DNA of 64,000 nucleotides from Alphaproteobacteria bacterium (GTDB taxonomy: Bacteria > Pseudomonadota > Alphaproteobacteria > MPNO01 > UBA830). Position 1 is the first letter of the stretch, and every line of letters starts with the position of its first letter. The notes beneath the pieces were generated by a model. That model searched no databases and had not been told where the DNA came from. It saw only the letters and a list, made by a program, of their open reading frames with translations. The stretch lies in contig OZ219790.1 of NCBI GenBank assembly GCA_964291215.2, positions 2,240,001-2,304,000 on the forward strand, given 5' to 3'. Position numbers and translations under genes: made by a program. Positions 53,268 through 64,000 of the stretch are shown in pieces.

Positions 53268-56200
53268 TCAGTTCACCAGCACCGGGTCATTCGCGATCCC
53301 CTCGAGGAACGTCTTCTTCTGGCACCCGATCCAGGCTTCAACCTCTGCCCCATCGCGCAAGGTGGCGCGTTCGAGAGAGATCGTCTGAACCTTGGGCAGG
53401 AGAAGCTTGGCGGCACGCTCGATGGCCTGAGCAATACGACCGGGGATCGCATCGATCTCGGCCTGCGCGCTTGCCAACGGCCTTTGATCGAGATGGTTGG
53501 CCCCAGCGCTTCGTCGTTCGCAACCTCGGGTTTCGTCGGTTGCTTCAAGCCGACCGCGGCCTTGATTGCGTCCTGGTCAGCCACCGGAACCTGTTTCCAG
53601 ACATCATTCCCATTGAGGGAACGCATCGCTTTCTGGAACGCGTCCTGGTGCGCCGCGAAGCTGTCCTGCACGGCCTTCCGCAAGAGGTTGCCCAGCGCAA
53701 CGCGGATGCCGCTCGCCGGATCGGAGTTGTCGAGCAGAAGCCGCTGACTCCGCACCGCCTCGATCTGGTCGAGATGCGGCTTGGCCGCCTCCAGCGCGTC
53801 GGCATGCCTCGCCAGCCGTTCGATCAACTGCCATTTGGGCAGCCGCTCGGTGATCAGGCTCTTGGCGGCTGACCACTGCTTGATCTTATCTTCCCACCCG
53901 GGGGCCTTGTCCTTGATCGCGACCAGCTGCTCGTTGCCGATGAGCCGCTGGATATCCTCGATTTCGGTCACTGCCGGCGAGGTCGGAAGGGGAGCGTCGC
54001 CACCCGCAGACCGAGCGAACTCGATCAGCTTGCTCAGGAACTCGCCAGCGCGGGCGCCCTCTTCACCGCCCTTGCAGGGGACGCTGAGAGACTGAAACAG
54101 CTTGCGCAACACCAGGCGGTCTTGCACCGAGAGGGGCACATGCTCGACGAGGAACGCGGACTTGGAGATCTTATTCTGGTCGAGCTGACCGAGGGGGACT
54201 GCGGCGCCGTTCAGCGTTGCGGTGATATGCTGCGAGCGGTGAAGGGCAACAAGTGCGGCATCAACGGCGTCGCGCGGCCAGCCAACGGGCGCGCGCCCGA
54301 GGGCCTTGCGAATGTCCGCGCCTGTCTTGCCAGCGCCGATGGTGGTGGTCACCTGCCGATAGACCGGGTGCTTCTCGGTGGCGTCGGTGTGGCCTGTCGG
54401 TTGGAACGGGTGGTCCGCGCCGTCCCGCGCCCGCTTGATGACGGCCGCCCATGCCGCGCTGTCCGCCTCCTCGAACCGGGGAAACATGCGCACCAGCGCG
54501 TCGTCGGTCGCGGTCTTGATGCGGTCATCCAAGGAGGAGAGCAGCACTTCGCTGCCGCCGCCCTGATAGACCTTGGCATTGCTGACGATCTCGCGGACAA
54601 GTCGATCACGGTCGCCGACGGCGCGCGCACGTCGGCTGTCCATGCTCTGCCTGGCTTCCTGACCCTCCGGGGAGGTCGGATTGCCTTTCGCGTCGAGAGC
54701 CTGCTGCGCCGCGTCGGCCTCGACGATCAGGCGGCGAAGGTCGTCGGCCGATTGGCGCGGAAGGAAAACATGAAGGACCGGACTGTCGGCTCCGGCAGCA
54801 CGCGCTGCGTCGACCACTTCCTTCTCCGAGGCGCTCCAGCCATCGCGGATCCAGATCGGGATGCCGCTGCCATCGACAGTCGGCGGCGTCGCCTCGCGAT
54901 GCACGACGAACTGGCGCGGCTCCTTGGCAGCGCCCTGAACAACACGCAGGCCACGGACGAGCTTGTCGATCTCCCCATAGAGCAGTTGGTCGCGCTTGAA
55001 CTGGATCGCCGCGTCGTCGTTGTTGAGCTTCGTCTGCCGATTGCGGAATTCGCGGTCCCATTCGCTGCCCTCGCGGGTCTGCAGGCGATACTCCTCGCCG
55101 ACTGGCATAAGGACGCCCAGATCCGAGAGCTTCTTCAGCATCGCCTCGACATCGCTGCGCAGCTTGCCGTTGTCGGCCGCCAGGTCATCGATGAGAAGGT
55201 CAGCGATGTGCTCGCTGGTTGCGCGCACCCCTATGTCGGCGCCGGCTTCGCGCTTCAGCTTGCCGATAAGGAAGACGAGGCCGCAGACGCGCTGCGCGAG
55301 AGGACCTTCGGCCCGACCGACCTGAATGATGCGTTCGTTGATCTCGCGAAGCAGAACGCCGGTGTTGACCATCTCCGGCGCCAGCGCGTCGAACAGCTTA
55401 TCTCCGGGCACGACGGTGCCAAGCGAGCGATCCGACAGCTTGGCGATCGCGTCATGGATGATCCGCAGCTGGGAGCGCAGCTGGCTGTGGGTGGCGGCGG
55501 CATCGATCTGGCGGAAGCAGTCCTCCCAGAAGCGGCGGCGTACCGGCAACAGCGGATAATCCTCAACAACAACCTTCCGATCCTCAACCGTCTCGCCGAT
55601 CCGCGTGCCCTGGAGCTGACGCGACACCTCGCCGGCGTGCTTGTCCAGCAGTGAGCGCACATCGCCGACCGCGGTGGGCTTCTTCTGGAGCAGCACCTTC
55701 CGCGTGACTGTCTCCACTTCGGCGTCGGACAACGGCACGCGGATGGTGAACCGGTCCATCAACTTCTGGAGCAGAGGCACGTCGGTGAGCGCGCTCTGTC
55801 CGGCACCCACGATCATCACGTGGCTGTCGAGCTGCTTCGAGACGGCTTCGGCCACTTCGGTCACGAGCACGGAGCGATCATTGGACTCGCCAATGTACTG
55901 CTGCGTCTCGTCCAGGATGAGGAGCGTGCAGGGCAGGCGACCATCCTTGCCGACCAGTTGGAGCGCATCCTTCGCCGTTCTCAGGAACTGGTCGGTCGTA
56001 ATGTCAGACGTCTGGAGTGGAAATTGCGCTCTCAGCGCTTGCCGGGCCTCAGCTTCGTTCGTGGCGAAGGCGTGCTCGCAGGCGAGGACAGCACGGGCAA
56101 TCGGCCCACTGACGTAGAGATTGTTGAGTTCGCGATCGAAGGACCCGCCGGCGGTCTCGACCTTGATCTTGTCAAAGTGCCCGAGTGAGTGAAGCCAGAG

Positions 56201-56482
56201 ACAGAAGCACGCCTGCGGGTATTGCTCTGGGAGGCCGGCGGCGCGCAGCAGAATCCCGAGAATGGTCAGACGGACATTATCGATCGTGCCACTCGGGAGA
56301 GCGCCTGCCGCCGCGATCAGACCACCAGCGCGCTTTCCGGCGGTGTCGAGCTCCCGCAAAAGGTCGTGCAGATCCTTGTCGTAGACGACCATGACGACCC
56401 GCTGAGCACCGGTAACGGTTCGCTGCCAGGGCGTTGCGATGTGACGGCCGTACTTTTCCGCGAGATCTTCGACGCGAGCCAT
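53268..56482 (-). pseudogene. brxC: BREX brxB'-'brxC deletion fusion with a C-terminal frameshift
   Basis: BrxB-like first ~37 aa; BrxC body LDETQQYIG, LQKLMDRF, YPLLP, LRSQLR, GWPRDAVD; no Walker A; frameshift near 53502. Confidence 0.75.
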
Positions 56483-56484
56483 GG

Positions 56485-57330
56485 CTAGACCCTCGCAGCG
56501 GGAGGATCGAGGCGAGCGACATTCAACTCGACCACATCACCGGCCATTCTCAGATCGATGAGTCCGATCCGCTTCGCTTCCAGTGCCAGCTGGCGGGCCT
56601 GCCCCGGATCGCAGTCCAGCAGTTGAAGCCAGCCCGAGGAGAAAAGGTCGGCGCCACGGTAGCCCGCAGCGTAGGCAAGGTAGAGGGCGAAGGCGACAGC
56701 GGCGGGGGTTGCGCGCACCAGACGACGCTTTTTGAATGTGCGTCCTTCAAGGTGACCAGACTGGGTCCAGCTGCTGGCAGCGTTCCGGCAGACTTTTTCG
56801 AGAATGCTTTCGTTCAAGCGATCCTCGACCGAAGCCCGCAGGGCGGCTTTCATCGGCTCGCGCTGCAGCTCCGCACCGGGGGGCAAGGGGATGACGGCCG
56901 TGCACGTGGCGGCAAGCAGGGGGTCACGTGCTATCGCGGCCAGAAGTGCTAGCAGTGGTCGACTGTCGGGATCGAGAGACCAGAGCCGTCGGAGCACCCG
57001 AAACAGCGGCAGATCCCGGTCCAACCCATACAGCTCACCTAGTCGTTGATTCGAGAAGCGGCGCGTTGCCGCAGTCGCCTTGGACAGGCAATTCCCCTCA
57101 ATAATCGCTGCGGCGTAGTCGGCCCGTTTTCCGGCCTCTGGCGCTGCGTCGAGCACCGCCTCCAACTCTGCCAACATCATGGTCCGGCTGGTGTGGGTTC
57201 CTATGGCGCCGAATCGAAAACCGGCTTCCTCGGCGCGTGCTCGCGGCCCGTTGGAAGGAAAGAGGCGGAAATGATATGTCTGAGATTCGAGCATGTCCGT
57301 GCCGGCAAGTTTGCCGGCATTACCTCTCAC
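56485..57330 (-). CDS. BREX BrxA-like protein
   Basis: GFRFGAIGTHTSRTMMLAEL, NCLSKAT, RNAASSWTQSGHL; first gene of the operon. Confidence 0.65.
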   Translation of the reverse strand: MRGNAGKLAGTDMLESQTYHFRLFPSNGPRARAEEAGFRFGAIGTHTSRTMMLAELEAVLDAAPEAGKRADYAAAIIEGNCLSKATAATRRFSNQRLGELYGLDRDLPLFRVLRRLWSLDPDSRPLLALLAAIARDPLLAATCTAVIPLPPGAELQREPMKAALRASVEDRLNESILEKVCRNAASSWTQSGHLEGRTFKKRRLVRATPAAVAFALYLAYAAGYRGADLFSSGWLQLLDCDPGQARQLALEAKRIGLIDLRMAGDVVELNVARLDPPAARV

Positions 57331-57618
57331 AATCCAATATACTTGTCACCCGAGGCAACCCTCTCGCCGGCAAGTTTGCCAGCCACCATGTCGGGCTCGG
57401 CGTGATCTCCAAGGTCGGTAGGGGCTCAGGTATCCCCTCGATGGACCCAAGCGTCGAGCGAGGGCTGAGTGGAGTGCGCAACAGAGCGATCCATTTCGCA
57501 ACAAAGCGGCGACCAAGGAAAACGAATTGGCGTTGATATGCAACGATATCGACTGCAAACGCATTCAGGGCGTGGCCCTCCGTGCCCTTCTCAGGAGTTA
57601 GTATGGAGCATTTCTCGA

Positions 57619-58844
57619 CCCCACTTCCAGTCTGAAGTGCAACATCCGGTCCTCATCGCAGTGAGGGCGTAGCCCGAACAGAGATGAGGGCCGGGTGTTG
57701 CACAAGTTTTCCCCCTCTGCCCCTCTCGATTCCGCCTGGGAACAGCTTCAGTTCCTTCAACATCGAGCTTATGCAACGCCTTTGTCGGCTTCAAGCCACT
57801 ATTTCGTCGTAGCGCGGCATGGACCCTGCTGCACGTTGCGGCTTCGGAACGCAGATGGTCAGGGCGGTTTCACTTCAAGATTACCTCCGTCGGCGATCCC
57901 AGGACTTTCCGAGTGTTGAGCCGATCCTGTACCTTCTGAACATCTTCGTTGCATGTCGCGCGAAAGTCCGTGCCCTTCGGGAAGTACTCCCGCACCAGGC
58001 CGTTGGTGTGCTCATTCAAGCCGCGCTCTCAAGAATGGAAAGGCGAAGAAGAAATCTGCGTCAAGTACTTCAGCGACACGCCTGTGGTCTGCGAACTCCT
58101 TGCCGTTGTGATTGTGTGGACCAATAGCGCACCAGAGCCGAGCAGGCGGATCATGACCGAACCGACCGTGTCTGCGGTCTTTCTCTGCACCCGTCCCAGC
58201 AAGGTGTATTTCGTGGCACGAGCGACACGACAGCTCCACTGTGAGCTTTGCCGATGATGGCTCCCAGTCGCCGATCCGTTCCTTTGCCTCCGCAGGGCGC
58301 TCGGAAATGTCCACTCGGCCAGGAATGTGACCCCGATGGCATCCGCCCTTCCAGTTCGGCTTCTTGCCGCGCCGCCGAAGCTTCTTCCACAAGACGCCCC
58401 CGGCTCTCCGATCTTCGGCGATCATGGATCCGTTGCCGACCCACGGCCCTCCAGTCGAAAACGGCCGCTGCTCGGGGCCCTCCCGCAGCTTTTTCTGAGC
58501 TTCAACCCGAGGCGTCAACCGCCAGGAAACAGACGAGGCTGCCCTGCGTTTCTGCCATCCTTTGCGCCTGCTTGTGACGGTAACCCCGTCCCCCGGTGTT
58601 GCGCTTGATCTCCCGGAAAATTGTTGATCGGCCCAGCTGCCGAGCAAGCGCACCTTGTTAAAGACCGCTTTTCTGCCTCAATCTGGCATCGCTCTTCGTA
58701 GGTGACGGTAGCCTTTGGACATGAACAAGCTCCCTTCATCTTGTACAGGAACTTTCGCCGCTGCTGGACAGCTCCGCAACATCATGCGTCTAAAAACACA
58801 TGGCCACAGCCCATCATGTGTTGCACTTCACTATGGAACGGGGG
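57619..58844 (-). mobile_element. Decayed IS30-family element
   Basis: TYEERCQIE, GRVDISERP, RIGDWE, NGKEFA, NEHTNGL, RKVLG; both ends present. Confidence 0.85.
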
Positions 58845-59497
58845 ATGGATTTAACAGTGTCCAGTTGAAAGGGCTGAAGCAGTACTGGTGCATTCCACCG
58901 CACCGGAGCGCACAGTTCGTGGCGAAGGATGTGCTTGACATCTATCAGCGGGACTTCGCCGGGGACGAGGTGCTGAGACCAGCCGGCAGCAGACGAAGGA
59001 ACCCCCCCGGTCAACCGGAGGCGGTCGACTATGAATATGAGCGCAACGGTACGGCCAACCCCTTCCTGGCCTTTGCGCCCAACGAGAACTGGCGCACGGT
59101 GAAAGTCACCGACCGCCGCGGGACTGGGCGCACTTCATCCGGGAGCTTGCCGACGACCATTTCCCCGACAGGAAGATCGTGCTGGACAATCTGAACACGC
59201 ACAGTCCCGCATCACTATATGAAGCCTTCGAGCCCGAGGAGGCGGGTACGAAAGCGGTTCGAGTTTCGCTACACGCCGAAGCACGGGAGCTGGCTCAACA
59301 TGGCCGAGATTGGCGCGCTGTCGCGGCAATGCCTTCGGCGACACATTCCCGACAGAGACACCATGCGGCGGGAGGCGGCGGCGTGGGTGGAACGGCGCAA
59401 TGCGGCCGATGTCACCGTCGACTGGCGTTTCACGACGAAGGATGCCCGGACGAAACTGAAGTCACTATATCCATCAATATAATAATGCCAGAATACT
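58845..59497 (+). pseudogene. IS630-family 3' remnant (different from the 5.1 kb element)
   Basis: DYEYERNGTAN, LDNLNTH, YTPKHGSWLNMAEI, ARTKLKSLYP. Confidence 0.85.
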
Positions 59498-59642
59498 AGG
59501 TGACGGTAGCCTTTGGTCATGAACAAGCTCCCTTCATCTTGTACAGGAAATCTCGCCTCTACTTGGCCACTCCGCAAAATTATGAATCTAAAAACACATG
59601 GTCACAGCCCATCATGTTTTGCACTTCACTATGGAACAGGGG
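59498..59642 (-). repeat. IS30-family left-end fragment
   Basis: Diverged copy of 58700-58844. Confidence 0.75.
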
Positions 59643-59845
59643 AGATGATTCGCATTTTTTCTGGCTTTTTTGTGAAGCGGTGTAGTATCCGTTGCTGTGA
59701 TGGAAGGGGCAGCGAATTTTTGTGAGACGACTCCAGAGGGTTTTGCGCTCCGGGATGTGGTTGTACGCCTTGCGCGGCCTGGTATCGCTGGAACCGTGTG
59801 GTTGACCGTCATCACTATGCTTAGGTTCAAGCAGTTTGTGGGTCG
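59643..59845 (+). repeat. Copy of the ISAs1/DUF4338 element leader
   Basis: Homologous to about 3847-4030. Confidence 0.75.
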
Positions 59846-59853
59846 AGATCTGC

Positions 59854-61119
59854 GGATTACGCAACCTGATGTCTGGAAATTGTCGTGAAGCTGATCGAGC
59901 TGTTCCCATTTGATGTATGCCTTGGTTTCGGTTTCCCATTTTTCGTCGATGAGGACCGCGGTTGAGAGGCGCTCCAACGAGGCGAGGTTTGGAAAGACCC
60001 TGACTTTGGAGGTGCGCCGCTTGAGTTCTTGCTGGATCGGTCGCTCGATGCCGTTTGAGGTTCGCATACGTTTGCGGTGAGCATCGGGCAAGGTGAAGAC
60101 AGCGAGCCCCGCATTCTTTTCCAGCCAGGAAGCCTGGATGCTTGTCGCGATAGCTGGCCACGAGGACGCCCAGTTCAGCCTCGGCGGTTTGGAGTGAAGA
60201 CGCATGGCTCCGAGCTGTTTTCCAATACGTTTCCTGATGTCGTTGTTCGGTGCGTGCTGCACGGCGTTTTGTGCCAGGTGGAATTGGCAGCGCTGCCATG
60301 TCGCCGCGCCCAGCACCGCGCGTCGTGCCGCTTTCAGCCCAGCATGGTCATCCGAGACGATGAAGGTCGTACCATGCAGGGCTAGCAAGCTTTCCAGGAA
60401 GGCTCTCCAATGGACCTCGACCTTGGAGAGCGCCACAGAGAGCCCCAGAACGTGCCTGCAGCCCCTATTCCGATGGCCGAGAGCACTGCGACATCGCGCA
60501 CAACGCCGTCATGGCGGGCTTTTTCATAGCGCGCATCCAGGATCAGGTATTTCATCAGCCCAAGGGGCCGGTTGCGCCAGGCGGCGAGTTCTTCATCGAG
60601 CAACCTAGTGGCCCGGCTGACCTGAGAAGAGGACAGGCTCCCGAACTCGCGCATTACATCTTGCCGCGTGGAAACACCCTTGATGTACATCTCGGCTACG
60701 GCGCGAGAAGATCGCTGGCCTCGTTCAAGCGACTGGGGGGGTCGTCCCCGTGACCGGCCGTCTTTGGCACCTGAACGGCAACAGTGGGGGTGTCGATCCG
60801 CTTGTAGCCGTTGGCATAGCCCTGTCGCTCCGGTGTCCGGTGGCCCGCTTTCAAGTACTGCTCGCGCTCGATTTGCATCGCAAGCTCGAAGAGCTGGCCA
60901 AAGACCCGTCCCAGATCCGTTGCTCCGTTTGCGATCAGATGTTCCAAAACAGCCTCAATCGTCGTAGTGTGTCGCAGGTCCATTCGCTTCCTCCATGAAT
61001 GTTTTACAACTCCATGGGATAGCACGATGGCGCCGCGTTTCACTGGGGGGCTAGCCCCCCAGTGAAACGCCTCAAAGCGCAAACCTCAGACAAATTTCCA
61101 GACATCAAGTTACAGTACC
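59854..61119 (-). mobile_element. Decayed IS256-family element, copy C, both ends present
   Basis: TIRs at both ends; flanking repeat GATCTGC(G); 36-bp perfect palindrome at 61035-61070. Confidence 0.9.
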
Positions 61120-61203
61120 GATCTGCGCTACGTATGTAACCGGGCAAACACGGACGTGCTGAAAATCCATTGAGCGTGAGGTCATCGCCGTTTAATCTTC
61201 GCG

Positions 61204-61368
61204 CACTAATGTCCCATTAAAAGTCGAATAGATTAAATTGTTTGCTTGGCCAGCCCTGTGAGTCCTGATGTTCTGCCATCTCAAGCATTTGATTCAGTGG
61301 TATTTTCTCGAAGATCGTGAGGCGCACAGTCTTGAGGATTGTGTTGAGGCTTTCCTCGATGTTCAGGC
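61204..61368 (-). pseudogene. IS4-family transposase extreme 3' remnant
   Basis: SLNTILKTVRLTIFEKIPL...QFNLFDF then end-like TTAATGGGACATTAGTG. Confidence 0.55.
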
Positions 61369-61555
61369 CAGGACTTTCCCACGCTGTGGTTGATGTATTG
61401 AATGACCGCTGAACGGGGCACAAACTTCCGCGTTCTTTCCAGGTTTTCCGGCTGCGGCGACCCGTGGACAGCCCCGCGGCCAGAAAACTCGGCAGGCTGT
61501 GCAACCTCCCTCCATCAGCAGTCGACAAGATCGAATGCAGCGCGGGAAAGTCCTG
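61369..61555. mobile_element. 187-bp MITE, copy 2
   Basis: Perfect 12-bp TIR CAGGACTTTCCC / GGGAAAGTCCTG. Confidence 0.8.
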
Positions 61556-61800
61556 GATCCGAAGCCCCTTTTCCGCCAGGCCATGCCGTGGCCCGATCCG
61601 GCGTCGACACGGCAAATTTTCCCGACAGGCCCGGCTACGGAAAGCACCTCGTCGGCGTCCTCAACCGGAGGCAGACAAGCGGCTTGCGGACCGGAATACG
61701 AACCCGACGCGCAGGTTCCGGACACGGCTGCCGGCCGTCATGCGGTTGCATAGCCCCGTCATCTGCACTAAAGGCTTCCGGGCGAAATCGGAGTCCGGTG

Positions 61801-63033
61801 ATGAAAGCGTTCTGGCGAACACCAGTATATGTGCTCTTCGCAGCTACGCTGCTGCTGCTGATCGCCAACGGCACGCGCCAGAATTTCGGTCTCTTCCTCA
61901 TTCCGCTGAGCGCCGATCTCGGCTGGGGCCGCAGCGAGTTCGCGCTCGCGATCGCCATCCAGAACCTGGTGATGGGGGCGGCGGCGCCGTTCGTAGCCGG
62001 TCTCGGAGACCGGTTCGGATCGATACGGATCATCGCGCTCTCGAGCCTGTTATACGCTGGCGGCGTGGCCCTGATCTCGATCTCGACCACTCCGGAAACC
62101 ATGGTCCTCTCTGCCGGGCTAATCGTCGGTCTCGGCGCCTCCGGAATCGGCTTCACGCTGCCCCTGGCCTTGGTCGGCCGGATCGCGTCCGCCAGCAGGC
62201 GGAGCCTGTGGCTCGGCATCGTCACCGCCGGCGGCTCGGCCGGGCAGTTCGTCTTCGCTCCGATCAGCGCCGGGCTGATCAGCGGTTTCGGGTGGTCCGA
62301 TGGCATCATCGGCCTCTCGATCATCATCGCAATCACGGTGCCGCTGGCATCGTCCATGCGCGCCGGCAGCGCCTCCACCCTGGCCGCGCCGGATACCCAG
62401 AGCCTGTCGGCGGCGCTCCGCGAGGCAAGCGGCCACCGCGGCTACTGGTTGCTGGTGCTCGGATTCTTCGTCTGCGGATTCCAGATACAGTTCGTCGGCG
62501 TACATCTCCCGGGCTTTCTCCAGGACGCCGGCGCGAGCCCGTGGCTTGCAGCGTGGGCGCTCGGAGCGATCGGGCTATTCAACATCTTCGGCACGCTCCT
62601 CGCCGGCTGGATGGGCGCCCGATGGCGCAAGAAGAAGCTGCTGAGCCTCCTCTACCTCTCCCGCGGCATCCTGTTCCTCGTCTTTTTCATGCTGCCGGTA
62701 AACGAGTTCACGGTGCTTGGCTTCGCCTCGATCTTCGGGCTCCTCTGGCTTTCCACCGCCCCCCTCACGATGGGCATCGTCGCCCAGATCTTCGGCCCAC
62801 GCTACATGGCGACGCTGTTCGCCATCGTCTTCTTCAGCCATCAGGTCGGCGGATTCGCAGGAATTTATCTCGGCGGCTATTTCTACGATCTCTACAATTC
62901 GTACGATGTCGGCTGGTGGCTCGCCATGGCTCTCGGCGGCATCGCCGCGCTGATTCACTGGCAGCTCGACGACACCCCGGTCGAGCGCTGGCTCCGCGAG
63001 AGCGCGGCATCCGCGGGCACTTCCGGACGTTAG
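61801..63033 (+). CDS. MFS transporter
   Basis: About 12 hydrophobic helices; GLGDRFG, GFFVCGF, VFFSHQVGGFAG. Confidence 0.92.
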   Translation: MKAFWRTPVYVLFAATLLLLIANGTRQNFGLFLIPLSADLGWGRSEFALAIAIQNLVMGAAAPFVAGLGDRFGSIRIIALSSLLYAGGVALISISTTPETMVLSAGLIVGLGASGIGFTLPLALVGRIASASRRSLWLGIVTAGGSAGQFVFAPISAGLISGFGWSDGIIGLSIIIAITVPLASSMRAGSASTLAAPDTQSLSAALREASGHRGYWLLVLGFFVCGFQIQFVGVHLPGFLQDAGASPWLAAWALGAIGLFNIFGTLLAGWMGARWRKKKLLSLLYLSRGILFLVFFMLPVNEFTVLGFASIFGLLWLSTAPLTMGIVAQIFGPRYMATLFAIVFFSHQVGGFAGIYLGGYFYDLYNSYDVGWWLAMALGGIAALIHWQLDDTPVERWLRESAASAGTSGR

Positions 63034-63149
63034 GGTTTGTCACCAAATAATCGAATCCATGTTGTTTGCGTCGGCGTTTTTGTCTGTCTGATGGTTTTGG
63101 TTGAGCGCTTGCCGACGGGTCAGTCTGCTGGCTTCGGTTGGTTGGTGTT

Positions 63150-64000
63150 GGGGTCTTTCGAAGATGATTTGTCGGTCAGTTTGGTTGCCGGCTGATTCTC
63201 CGGCGCTGGTTGGGGCGTTTATATTCGGTGCATGGAACAGGCAAAGAGCATAAGGCACCGGTTTGCAGTCCTTTCTCCTCATCTTGACGAGAAGGGTCGC
63301 CGGTTGCTCGCGGCGGTTGAGGCGCAATGTCTTGGGCGCGGCGGAATAACGCAGGTCTCGGATCTCACGGAGTTGCGCGGTCGACGATTGGACGGGGTCT
63401 GAAGGAGATTGACGGAACAACATCACCGCCGGCACCGGACTTGGTCCGGCGCGCGGGCGCAAGCCGGCGACGGAGCGTCAGCCAGGTTTGCTGACGGCGC
63501 TGGTTGCGCCGGCGACGCGGGGCGACCCGGAACGGTCTCGGGTTTCGAAGAGCGCCCGGCATCTTGCGAAGTGTCTTGAGAGGCAGGGTTGTTCGGCGTC
63601 GCTTGTCGAGCGGCTTCGGGCAAGCTTGGCTATACGCCAACGCGAAGACCCGCGAAGGCGGCGCGCACCCTGCCCGGGACGGGCAGTTCGGCCATATAAA
63701 CGGGCAGGTTGCGGAGTTTCTTGCGGCCGGGGAACCGGTCATCGACACCAGGAAGAAGGAGCTGATCGGCGATTTCAAGAACGCCGGCCGCCAGTGGCGG
63801 CCGAAGGGCCGGCCCGAGGAGGTGAAGGTTCATGACTTCGCGGACAAGGAGTTCGGCAAGGCGGCCCCCTACGGGGATGTGGCCCACAACATCGGCTGGT
63901 CGGCCATGACACGGCGGCGTTTGCGGTGGAAAGCACCCGGTGCCGGTGGCGGCGCCTCGGGCGCTGCCCCGGGGCGGCTGCTGATCACCGCCGACTGCAG
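63150..64000 (+). mobile_element. Decayed ISAzo13-family transposase (runs off window)
   Basis: LDEKGRRL, ANAKTREG, RDGQF, DTRKKELIGDFKNAG, VHDF, GKAAPYG. Confidence 0.85.

Noticed and set aside
57900-57910. CAGGACTTTCC matching the MITE terminal repeat
   Set aside because: It is the antisense of the IS30 transposase RKVLG codons and has no partner repeat
1-64000. CRISPR array, tRNA or rRNA genes
   Set aside because: No regularly spaced repeats or recognisable structural RNA genes seen by eye; the repeats are IS-derived

Overview
High-GC alphaproteobacterial chromosome segment (Rhodospirillales-like gene order: EVE-gpsA, moxR/DUF58/DUF4159, DUF1285-nudL-DUF6111-cca, hemF, rpsT). Intact housekeeping blocks alternate with nests of decayed IS elements (ISAs1, IS630, IS110, IS256 x3, IS66 x2, IS4, IS30, ISAzo13). 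There are two defence regions. At 18.3-33.2 kb are an AbiE TA pair, a CapP/CapH-regulated short type II CBASS with a patatin effector, an MmeI-like RM enzyme, Mrr and HigBA. At 51.3-57.3 kb is a dismantled BREX locus with an intact AAA/DUF4276 pair. An AraC-flanked cluster of exported enzymes lies at 9.1-18.1 kb. The most striking signals are: (i) mobile and relaxed DNA is eroded by many short deletions at 2-5 bp microhomologies, visible by aligning IS copies within the window; (ii) the CBASS cyclase is switched off by an exact 19-bp tandem duplication; (iii) a 25-bp loop between 21-bp inverted repeats is flipped between two IS30 ends; (iv) a nested IS66 composite splits a signal peptide and carries a DNA-methylase-like stub; (v) an orphan 4-chlorobenzoate-CoA-ligase-like gene. 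All family calls come from motif recognition by eye, not database searches. Coordinates of decayed elements are approximate.
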